From Chromera velia (lineage: Eukaryota): a stretch of DNA of 50,523 nt. The notes beneath the pieces are model-generated. The model worked only from the letters and a program-made list of their open reading frames with translations, did not search any database and was not told where the DNA came from. The position numbers and the translations under genes were made by a program. The stretch is from the NCBI GenBank assembly GCA_018398765.1, contig JAHBMJ010000305.1, forward strand, positions 1 to 50,523, in the 5' to 3' direction. Of this stretch, positions 34,285-45,800 are shown in pieces (the stretch's first letter is position 1; each line of letters opens with the position of its first letter).

Positions 34285-36558
34285 TAGTGACCAGATTTGA
34301 TTTGATAAGATTTAATTTCATTTGATTTGATTTGAGCTTCAAGGTCAAATCTGACCAGATTTGAGGTAGATTTGAGGTTGAAGTCTAGAGGTCACTCTCA
34401 ACAGCACTAAAGACGACATGACACAGTCGATACCACTAGCAAATCCTAGAAAGCTCTAGGGATAAGAAAATCACTAAAAACTAGACTAAAAGCTAAATTA
34501 AGACTCTCAAAATTAATAAGCTATTGCTAGAGCTATTGTCAAAGCTAAAAGCTTATATAAGTTATAAAAGCTTACAATTACATTACTCCCTCTTTCTGCA
34601 GGCCACACTTTCTTTGTATACTCTGCAGTATATACTAATGTAGCCTTCTTGCTAGCCTCCTTGGTGTTATGACCTGTGGGATTGTTTGATATCATCGATT
34701 GGTTTGATAAGGGGGGACCCAAGAAGGGACCAAGGCAAAGAAAGAACTAAGCATAAAAACTGCCACAGAACAATAAAAAACCATTTCAAACCCTCAATCA
34801 AAACTTGAATATCTGGAAAAGAGACTAGATAACCTTTTTTTCCTAGGTGTGGATACTAAAGTTTTAAAATTTTTTTTTATTAAAGTTTTTTTTTGCCCTC
34901 CAAACTTTGTTTTGAAAAAATATTTTTCAATTAATTAGTTTTAAAATAGGTGTTTAATTAATTTAGTCATAGAACTAAGGTAAGGTGGAGGTGTGTGTCA
35001 AGGTCTCATGACAGGTAAGTCTCTGTAGTCTGTGCTCAAGTCTGTACAGCTCCTGGAGAAGTCTGTAAAAGTAATAGTAATACTCTCAATCCGAAATCAA
35101 AACAATGAATCCAATCTCACATGCTATCTAAAGTACGATACGTACAGAAATGACAAAACGATACGTACGTGCAATAATCGCCCAGCGCGGTGATTATTCG
35201 CTGCATGCACGCAACACGCGTACATGATACAAGCCCGGCCCAATGCGCGGCACGGTTACCGTACCTCGACCGTAGGCTCGACGGCTACTTGTACTTCAAC
35301 CGTCATTACTAAGCTAATCAATTACTAACTAGCCTCTAGGGTAATCGACTTAAAATATTACTAAATGAATTTTAGGGGTTACACAAAGGGTGTGTTAGTA
35401 TTTAACGTCACCCTTACACTAAAAACCATTTTTTTAGGACTTATTACATTAAATTACTTCAAATAAAGTCAACATCTCATCAGAATGCTCACTGGTTTGC
35501 TTGCAATCTGCAATGAAAGTCTTGTCTCCAGGTGACATCTAGAAAGGGCTCATAAACTCGTAATCCGTAATATATAGTAAAATATGATAAAGAGCCCCCC
35601 TCCCTAGACCCTCCTTCAAAAAATAAAAGAAAACCATCATGATGCGATAATGTCATCACTAGACTTCAATCTCAACATTCATAACAATATGAGAGTCGTT
35701 TATGAGGAGCTTTTTGAACGCTTCTTCAACTTTTTGGAGCTTATCCTCCTCCATGAACAGACTTTTTCCCTAGTCTTTTCCTACGACTTTTGCATGGTGC
35801 AACTAATAAAAACTACCAGCATTGCCAAGACTAACACTATTAAGGCAAATTTTGGGGTATAATAGAACCAGGCTCGCGGCGGCTGCTGTTGCTCTGCGGC
35901 TTCCTAAGAGAGGCCGAGTAGTCAACTCAATGCAGCCTCTTCCATCAGTCTCCCCCCGTCCCTTTGCCTCTGAATCCCTAGCCTGAATCTTTGATAGGCG
36001 CTCAAAAGACTCCAAAAGAAGAGAATTAATAATTTTTATTGTCTTTTGTATGAGCTACAGTGGGAAGCCTTGTGCTTTCTGGGAGATGGGTGATGTATGG
36101 CATACAAGGGAAAAAAATATTGGTGGTCTTTCAAAAGATGCCGTAATCTCATAATCCATAATCAGTTATAAGAGACATACTATAAAAGGGGGGGTATATG
36201 ATTACTTTTTCCCGTAATCACACTTAATTTCACCGGATTTAAGCTTTTTAGAAAGAACCACGTTCCTCTAGCCTAAAATGTTTATGTAATCTATGTTTTT
36301 ATTATATGTTTTATATGATCTTACCTATAAAATCTTAATCGTAATTGAAATAGTCAAATACCCTAGAACTAGCCTACACAGAAAGTAATAGAAACTCAGT
36401 CTAATCAAGTTTAAATTAGTTTAAATTCATGTTTATATTGGAAATAATCGGAAATAATCATTAGTGCAATGTAGAGTTATTATAAGTACCATGCTTTTCA
36501 GTACTTTGGTACTTTAAGCCCAAGTTTAGGGGGCTATAAGGGGGTGGTGGTTCCGTTT

Positions 36559-37790
36559 CGCAACGCGGAAGGTGGTTATATAGATGTGCATGGACCAATT
36601 AGAAAGGTCTAAAATTTTTGAGCCGGTTAAGCTGGTCCGCGCGATTCCGGCGGCGCCCAGGGCCCAGAAAGGTACCAAATTGGTCCCAAGAATTTGGGCC
36701 AAAACTTTCCGGGGCCACTCTTAAAATCCCGAAATTATGCTCAGAATGCTCAAAAAGCACACCAACATACATCTAACACACAAAGAAGGGTCATTTCGTC
36801 CTCTTGTCCCTTCTTATCTACCTTGTTGTGTAGAGCAGTACCGATGGTTAAACTGGCACAATTCCACTCCCCTAGTACTAGACAGCTTGCTTCTGTGTCG
36901 GGGTGAAGTCTTGTAGCGTAGTTGATCTGCTTTGGCGTGTCTGGCAGCTCCAGTCTGGACCAGTCAGGAAAGTACCTCCCAAGCCTCCAAAGCATTCCAA
37001 AACAATATTCCTTCTTTCTACCAGGAGGCCGCAGAATCGATCCCCAGCAATTTTGCCTAAATTTTTGAATGCCTTGTGTCTGTTGTCATCCTCCCAGGCT
37101 AGCGGGATAGGTTCTTGATGAGTCTGCTGGTTGTGGGAAGGCGAGATTGTTTTGTGTTTCTGTTGTGGAGAATTGGCGTCTCAGGGGTATTAATCGACCT
37201 CCAGCTCCCCCGGTAAGTGGTTCTGTCCTGCTCTTTCCCTCCAGACAGGAGCATATAAGTGTTGGGCAGTACCTTTATGCGATGGCTGCAGGTTTAAAGT
37301 GCTCAAGAAGGAAAAAGCCCTTCCAGCAATTTGACATAGGGCGCTATCTGCATGGAGTGTATCTTTCTGTTCCTGAGCAGACTTATTAGTTGAAGTCCAT
37401 AGTGCATCAACCATTCCTTATCCCCTGTTGGAACTAAGTTACTTGGACCAGATAGAGCGTGTTGGTATGCATTTTATCATCATTGATGTACCACAACCCT
37501 TTCTAAACTTCTGAGTCCAGGAAGGCTACTTTGGCCTCTTTAGGTGTCAGACCTCAGACGTCCATTCTTTGGACTCCCTGTGAATCTGGAAGTCGTTTTT
37601 TCTACACCAAGCAGCTAGAGAGAGTCTAAAGAGGCGAACTAACGTCTCCTAGGGTCGTTGGTTTGAGTTTAGGAGGGAAAAGGCAACAGAGGGCTGTTCC
37701 TTTTTCCCTCAAAATTTTTGAGCCGGTTAAGGTCTGGCGGCGGGTTCTAATTGGTCCATACACATCCGTATGACCCGCCGCCGCGTTGCA
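36559..37790 (-). mobile_element. CGCAACGCGG-family element, copy 2 (inverted), 2-bp TSD TT
   Basis: Full-length reverse-complement homology to 11013-12243; TT on both flanks; terminal G mutated to A. Confidence 0.9.
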
Positions 37791-38090
37791 TTTAGACTCG
37801 GAAGACTCCGAGCGACGAGGTGCTTGTCTCCCGTTGTCACTCTCCCCTCCCTTTTAAAAAAAGGCCTCTTCAACTAACTTTTTGATGGATAGCTCGCTTC
37901 CCTCCTTATTGTTGGAGCCTCCCGCGTCTCCGCCATCATAGTAATACATTATATACATCGTTTTCAAAGTTGTGAAACTTTTGCATAACTCGTATATAAA
38001 GCACCAACTTTGTCTACAACGATATAAATCAAATCAATTTCTCTAGTAACGTTTTTTTGTCAAAATTTTAGGTCAACTTTTGCATGTCTA

Positions 38091-38583
38091 CCCTGCAGGT
38101 AGCTAGGATTTTGCAGGATTTTAGCCTAGGATTTTAGTGGATTTTACGGGATTTTGGCCAGGATTTTAGCAGATTTAGGAGGATTTTACACAAAATTCTG
38201 CCGAATTATTTCTTTAGGATTTTAGAATCTAAAATCTTGGCTCTAGGGATTATAAAGACTAAAATCCTGTATCCTAGAATTTTAGAAATGAATGCCAGGA
38301 TTATACAGGATTTTACGGGATTATATTTTTCGTATAAAATCCCGTAAAATCAGGTATAATCCCGTAAAATCCCATAAAATCCTAGGAAGAGGCTAGGAAT
38401 TTAGCTTTATTCTAGGATTTTGGATTCTAAAATCTTAGGTGTAGGGATTATATTTTTAATGTTAAGAGTCCGGCAGAATCCTGGGCAAAATCCGTGAAAA
38501 TCCGCTAAAGTCCTGGCCAAAATCCCGTAAAATCTGCTAAAATCCTGGGCTAAAATCCCACAAAATCCTAGCTACCTGCAGGG
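38091..38583. mobile_element. Foldback-like MITE with TA TSD (Tc1/mariner-like target)
   Basis: TIR CCCTGCAGGTAGCTAGGATTTTG; TA on both flanks; GGATTTT/AAAATCC symmetry extends through much of the element. Confidence 0.88.
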
Positions 38584-38986
38584 TAGTTGCATGTTTACTT
38601 TTAAAGTTTTAAAGTTAAAGTTTAAAGTTTTCCAGGCAAACTATATATTATAAAAAAACTTTAGTGCCTACCCCTAGTCTTTTTCACTGAATAAACATTT
38701 CAAAAAGCTTTTGGGCGTTCATATCTAGGTTCATATTTATGTGAAACCGACAAAAAAATCTTTTGTTGATCTTTTTTTTTTGGCGCACAAAAAAGTGCGA
38801 AGACTCATTTAAGAGACTGGATGACGGATTGACCTCGAAGATTTGAGGTTAAAGGGTCAGATTTGAAGTAGATTTGATAAGATTTGATAGGACCTATCAT
38901 ACTAAAGTTTCTCAGGCCTAAGATTTGATTTGAGGTTAAGCCCTACTTCAAATCAAATCAAATCAAATCTGGTCACTACAGATAAA

Positions 38987-39124
38987 CACACACAGACAGA
39001 CAGACAGACAGACAGACAGATAGCTAGACAGCTAGACAGCTAGACAGCTAGACAGACAGACAACTAGACAGACAGCTAGACAGACAGCTAGACAGACAGC
39101 TAGACAGACAGCTAGACAGACAGC

Positions 39125-39155
<31 letters not shown>

Positions 39156-39195
39156 GCAGACAGGACAGACAAACAGCTAAACGGACAGACAGCTA

Positions 39196-39236
<41 letters not shown>

Positions 39237-39289
39237 ACAGACAGACAGAAGGACAGACTCTACGTTTCTTCTTTCCCCTCCTTCTCTTC

Positions 39290-39323
<34 letters not shown>

Positions 39324-39352
39324 TACGTTTCGTCTTTCCCCTCCTTCTCTTC

Positions 39353-39389
<37 letters not shown>

Positions 39390-39478
39390 GTTACAGGCTA
39401 TGTCATTTTTTCGTTCTCTTCTGACCTAGCTTCTGACTGACCCAGACAGACAGATGGACGGACAGACAGGCAGGCCAG

Positions 39479-39525
<47 letters not shown>

Positions 39526-39605
39526 AAGGCAGGCAAACAGACAGACTGACCGACTGACCGACTGACCGACTGACTGACTGACTGACTGACTGACTGATTG
39601 ATTGA
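38987..39605. repeat. Compound (CAGA)n/(CAGG)n/(CTGA)n microsatellite
   Basis: Visible directly; source of the spurious LPAC/SQSV ORFs. Confidence 0.95.
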
Positions 39606-40468
39606 ACCAGAGACACAGAGAAGCAAAAAGCATGACACGGAACAGACTTGCGTGACACACTGAGTATGCAAGGGGAGAGACTAGGAAAGAGAGGAAGAGG
39701 GCCAGGGAATGTCATGAGCGAGACTGAGGAAAAGAGTGAAGAAATTCTGAAGACTCACACGCGTAGAACATACCTGCGGATTGACCAAAGTGCACTTTTT
39801 CTGTCCATATGTGAATATGCTTGTGCATGTTGGTTTGTTTGTTTGTTCATTCCTTCGACATCTAGGTTCTCCGAATGCACTGATTGACTGCGATGGACGA
39901 ATCGAACCAGTCGTGTGGAAAGTCTGGAAGAACGACCGTTTGTGCCTCCATGTTCCTCTCCCCCCCTTCTCGTTCTATGTGAGCGTGAATCCGTCAAATC
40001 GGATGATCAAGGGTAAGCCCGAGTCCTCATTAGACTGCTACATGGTGGGTTCATTCAGTTTTCCCCCTAACTCATTCCACACATTACACCGCATACAAAC
40101 ACCCGCTTCCTGCTGTATGTAGGCTTCAACTACCTTTTTCGTTGGTTATTTTTCTCCCATGGCCGGCAGAAAGGCCCCGGACGGACAAATCAAAACCGGG
40201 TCGGTCGTACTGGTTGCACGTCTGTCGGGCAGATCTCCCATAGAGAATCTGCACCGACCAGGAACCCCACTCTTCTCCGCTTAATGTGCATGTATGAGTT
40301 GATTTTGAATTATTCATTGATCCAACGCCGCCCTCTTCCTCCTTTCCTGACCCTTCCCCTCCCTTCCCTTCCCCTATATATGTCCCCGTCCCTTTCCAAG
40401 ATGGTTTATGGTCTTCCCAACCTAACCAGGAAAACAGCCAAAACATTCATCACTTCTCTATCTATCAA

Positions 40469-41089
40469 TTAAGACACGGCCCCAGCAACGGCATGCGCTG
40501 CATCTTGGGCTCCGTCTGCGACCACCTCGGCTCCTTGAGCGATCTCTTGACCGAAGAGGCAACCCAAGCAGGTGCAGCACGCCAAACATCCGAGACACGT
40601 AGCCACACCTGCATGACAGAGAGAAAGGGGGCCTTGTGTATCAGAAGAACGGCATGCGAATGGCGCAAGTGACTCAACTGGAAATTGACTGACCGCAACA
40701 GGCGCAGCACTTCTCGTTCTTCTTTTTCTTCTCCGGCCGATCTTGATCCTGCTGAGTCACAATGTTCGCCTGGTACCTGCACGGATTAAGGAGAAGTTCA
40801 AAAGGTTCTGAATCAGGAAAGCACATTGGGCACATACAAAAGGCGGACATGCAAGAGGCTCGACTTACGGTTGGTGCTGGGCAGGCTGGGTATAGTACTG
40901 CTGCTGGGGTGGCTGCGGCTGCTGGTAGCCGTAGGGCTGAGGAGGCGGGTACTGAGGTTGTTGCTGTCCCTGTCCTGTTTGAATGACAATAACGTTCGGT
41001 TGGGTGGGGGGAGGAGGAGGTGGCTGCTGGTAGCCGTACCCTTGTCCTCCTCCATTCACCACAATCGTGGTGCCGCGTTGAGCGCTCAT
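40469..41089 (-). CDS. 147-aa Pro/Gln/Tyr-rich protein with basic patch and Cys-rich hydrophobic segment (CYSTM-like)
   Basis: Exons 41089-40869, 40776-40694, 40608-40469; donors GTAAGT and GTCAGT, GCAG acceptors; phases 2 and 1 join in frame: MSAQRGTTIVV...QPYGYQQP...EKKKKNEKCCACCGVATCLGCLACCTCLGCLFGQ...AGAVS*. Confidence 0.85.
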
Positions 41090-42119
41090 GACTTGTTTAC
41101 TTTCTTGGAAGTGTTGCTGTTTGCTTCTTCCTTGGTTTGCCACGGCTGGTCACGCTTTGCAATCTTTCAAGCACTTGCACACAATGATTCTGCCCCTCCT
41201 TGTGCAAACTTCGCTTGCCGAATCAGTTCCAATGCAGCTATATTAATATATGCATGTTTGTTTTGTACGTCGATCCGCCTAGCTATATATATATATAGCT
41301 CATGCATGCATGCAAAAACGAAAAGCCGATTTTCGCATGTATGCATGCATGCATGCGGAAAAAAACAAAATGCATGAATTTAAATCGCAAAAATAAGCCA
41401 CGCCTAGCTGATCGCCTCGGGATATGCCTCGGGGGGCAGCTCAGTGTTAAAAGTAGACTAGTGTGAATGCCGTCTACTTCAGTCACTACTTTCAGTAAGT
41501 CTGAGTTCATGTTCATCGGCTACGAAGATCGGCTATCAAAGAGGATCTTGCCGTTTCCTCACAACAATCGTTCGTGTAAAGGCATGCATGCATTCATATG
41601 TATTCGCATTCGAAGAGACCATGCATGCATGCGTGCAGCTTGATCGAGCGGTGCGCAGCCCGCCCGGCGCCTTCGGCCCCAGACCCCTGGCGCATATCCC
41701 ACATCTTATAATCACCTCCTTCGGAGAAGAACACAAATTGACTTCGAACTCATTTGTATGGAATGTACTTTGTCTATCTGTCTGCACGCATTAATTTTGT
41801 ATGCATCCATTTCACCTTTGCATGTAAATCATCAAGCTGCTCAAGAACATACTCCAACATGCCCTGCATCTTTGGTTCTGATTCACATTGGCCAGGAACC
41901 AACTACACAAGGAGTGGCTGACTGTCAGTAAGCACACACACATGAGGAGCGACACCCCACAATTTTTCAATGAAATGCACCCAACCAAAACCATTCTTCA
42001 CCCCATCACAAAATGCAAGCAATTCAGCATTCATTATCGAACCAAACTTTCAATCACATTTCTTTGACTTCCAGGCAAACAGGTTTGATTCATCATTTTT
42101 CAATGCATGATGCAAATCT

Positions 42120-45100
42120 GCCTTGGACATCAGCTGTACTTCGTACCTCAGTCGTCTTTTATGTGTATACTGTTCATATGAAGCATCGATTTAGATTAAA
42201 AGAACCATTCCGTTCTCTTTAGTCACCGGTTTAAACTTTAAGCCGGCCGCACACTCCTTGATATGCGAGATCACTTTCCACACTATAAGCATTGTCTTTG
42301 CTGAAGGACAAGTTACCTATTGAGAGAGATGAGAGAAAAAAATGCATGCTTGGGTTTAGTTTTCACTGCCTAACCCACCAGACCTAAGAAACGTTGCATC
42401 TGAGACTGAAGCGACGAATTGATTTCATTCTCTTCTGGCTTCTTCATATCTGCATTTCCAATCAGCTTGCTTACCTTCTTGTCTTCACATTCAGGCAGAG
42501 CACGCACATATTCTTCTTAACTGAGGGTCATTTCTTTCTTTGTATGGTTATACTTTAGCTGTATGCGACAAACCCATGAGTGCCCCCGTCATCGACCCTT
42601 TCTGACTCGTCCATTTTAAACTACTTTTGGATTTCATCCATCAAAAAAGAAACAGAAGGACCAAAAACAAGAAGGTCATCAACATGCATCAACATTAATG
42701 CATTCGGCCTACCTTTATTGTCTTTTTTTGTAAGAATTGACTCGCTAATCTCACTCTACTCACTCTCTTTAGCTCGGCTCTTGAAGTGCCTCATATAGAG
42801 ACAAGGCCCATCAGCCTGTTACAGCCTGTCTGTATACGAGTCTGAGAGTCTTCACAATGGAACCAGCAACAAGACCTGGATAAACATGAAGGGGAAGGTT
42901 AGAAGGGAGCTCAATCCAGAGTGATGTGTCTGTCGGTGCTTATAGAAAACTTGTGCGGATGTGTGTTTTTGCTGATTCCCACCCCTGACTGAGAGCAAAA
43001 ATCAAAGTAAAACGAAGTTGGTTCTGCTCAGCAGTACTACTGTACGTTTTAACCAGAGTGAAGTCTCTTTTATCTTAAAACCCTTTAAAGACCAAACGAG
43101 ACTTTGCAACTCTTCTTCCGTCTTTCAGTTTCTATGTCTTCATCCACTTCAGCTGCATACTTGGATGTGTATCTTTCTTGCTGAGACAAGAAACATCAAG
43201 CACCAAACATTCAAACCATCTCCTTAGTTCCTTTTCATCCGCTTCACGGTGTAAACCTGACTTGATTTCCTTCTTGGTTGCTGGGACTCGTCCCTTCACT
43301 GCATTCTCCTTCATTTCACCCAAATACACCCCCCGCTTATGCATAGAGAAAATAGAAGAAAGGATAGAGTCAAAAAGATCACTTTGTTTATCTTCCTTTT
43401 CTTTCTGTCTTTTTTTTCTCAGCTGGGCTATTCTGCCTGACTTTCTTACTGAGTGTTTTATTCTGAAAATCCCTAAGGCAGCCGCTGTTTTTTTCGCTTC
43501 TTCGTGAATCTGTCTGCGTAGGGCTGCAAACGTACCTGTCGGCTCACCCCCGACCTCGTCATCTTCAAAATCGAAGTCAATCTCTTTTGCTTCTTTAAGA
43601 CCTAGATCTACAGGGGAGTCTGGGGGAGCCAAGGCGTTCTTTCCAAAAATAGAGTCTTTATCTGACCACTCAGACGACTCTGCTGCCTCTGACTGCGTTT
43701 CGTCTCTCACTCCATCTTTAGCCCTTATTTCAACTTCGTCTACATCCCCCACTACTGAATTTTCAACCTCTGGAGCGAGGTTGCTAGACAATTGCTGCAG
43801 GGATTCTGGGGTGAGAGAAAGATCAAGAGAAATTTCAAAGCGCTTCATCACTTTTTTTGGCCGCTTTACCTCACACATGCTCTCATAGTTCAGCTTGCCT
43901 TCCTTATTAAAGGAAAAACAAGAGACAAGAAGCTGTCTGTTGACTGAGGCTTCTCTAAGAGCACGAGCGGGAAAGAACGCCCCTAGAGAACGCCCCGTCT
44001 TACTTTTGTGCAATGATACCTTTCAGGGAACAGGGCTTAATTGGAGCAGCAGGTGCATCTGCTTCCGCTTCTGCTGGCGGCTCTCCAGCCTGAGGGGCGG
44101 AGAAAGGCTCTTCAACCTCCTCACACTCATCTGACAAGACCACTCTCTCTCTTTAAAGCTCAAGCTCTTCAAGTCCTTCTTCTATATACTCTTGTATATC
44201 TCTGGTCTCACTGGAGTCAGCCACTCCTTTTCTTCTTTTAGCGCCTTCATAGTAAGTTTATACTCTGCAACGCCATTCCAATATTGCAGAGAGACACGAG
44301 TGGGGTGGACTTTCAGGGCTTTCCACTGATCTTTCTCTCTGTACATAACAAAAACAACTTTGGGAGAAAGAACACCGCCGAAAATGGCAAAAACTAGCTC
44401 ACCTTGACACTTCTCCCCCCCACGGTCGCCTCTCGGATCGATAACTTTTACTTCGTCTCCAAGAGAGAGCCAGAAAATATCTGGTTTGACCCCCCAGACT
44501 ACTTTATAGGAGGAGCAGCCACGAGACACAGAGGCGGTCTCGTTAAGCTGTTGTGCGACTCCTGAGGTAAAAGCAGGCTATGTGTAGAGAGGCACACGTT
44601 TTTGTAAACAAAACTTTAGCAGGACTCTTTTAATCACCCTGTTTTTCTTTTTAACTGCCCCCTACGACTCAGGTGTATAGAGAGCACCGGGGTCCCACGC
44701 TGCCTCCAGAGACCGAATAGCAGCCTGGTACTCTTCTCCTTGGAACTCCCCCCCATTGTCTGTTGCGACTGCCTTCGGCAGTCCTTTAACTCCTTTCTTG
44801 CACGCCTCCCATCTCTTTTCCCATGAGAGCAAATAAGAGGCTGCCTCGCTCTTCCAGCGCAAAAGATAGAGGGAAACATATCGCATGGCTTCATCTACGA
44901 TTACTGATAGGTACCTGTACCCCCCTCTCCCGACTGTCTTCAGTTCGGTAAGGTCATGAAATATTCGTCTGTTGAAAAGAGACGATGGAGAGACGGACGA
45001 ACGGCTTCCTTCCGTTCTGCCTAGGGAGAGCTTCTCTGGTTCTTTCTGCCCAAAAATCTGTACGTTTTCATTGAAATGTACTCTCTTTTCTTGCTTGTTT

Positions 45101-45800
45101 CTTCCTGCCTTCGGCTTTTTATCTTTCTCTTCCTTTCTGTTTCCGTCTTCCTCTTTCTTCTTGGCTTTCTGCAGAATACCTCTCTTTATCAAATTCAATA
45201 ATGAGCACTCCACGTATCTGTTGTCTGTCTCTGTGCACTCAGAAGAAGAAAAACCTTTCACACCATTCTCAAGAAGAGTCAACCTGAGGTCCCCCCCTAC
45301 AGCATGTCTGAAGCGAAGATGAAAAAGAAAAAGAAGTCTGTCTCTCTCGGCCTGACTCAAAGAGCTCACTTTACTTCCTAAGAGAACAGAAAAAACTTTT
45401 TGAGGGAGAGAAGAAGTAACAGCAAGAGAGACAGCAAACGAACGAGCACATGTAAACGCATTGATCATGGGAAGTTTATCACCCTACCTCATTGGCGTCT
45501 TAAATTTTCTTTCTTCCTTGTCTCCTAGCTCCACCCAACCATTCTTATAGAATCTTGATGGAACTTTTGCATATCCAAGCAATGGGAGACGCACTCGAGA
45601 AGAAACGATCCCTTTAAGCGCCGTTACCCTCATCTGTCCGTATAAGGAAAGGAAACGAATGTGCAATAATTTCTTCACTGTCATATTTTTTAATTCTGTG
45701 CTAATTCCGGCTTGGAATCGGCAGGACTGAGCTAGGGAACCTTAAGAATGTAATAGAAAGCACTTGAGGTTTGTAGAAGGAGTTTTAAAGGCTTTGGATT
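42120..45800 (-). pseudogene. Decayed Ty1/Copia pol (pre-integrase, integrase, RT, start of RNase H); no LTRs found
   Basis: FHLRFRH; GYRYLSVIVDEA; TDNGGEF; YTPES*G; then KSRLVFKGF, HVDDLLV, IDASY. Integrase-before-RT order is Copia-type. Confidence 0.9.

Larger units (their letters stand above)
34285..38978. mobile_element. hAT-type DNA transposon (4.7 kb including nested elements), no intact transposase
   Basis: 22-bp perfect TIR TAGTGACCAGATTTGATTTGAT; exact 8-bp TSD CAGATAAA; subterminal GATTTGA motifs. Confidence 0.9.
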
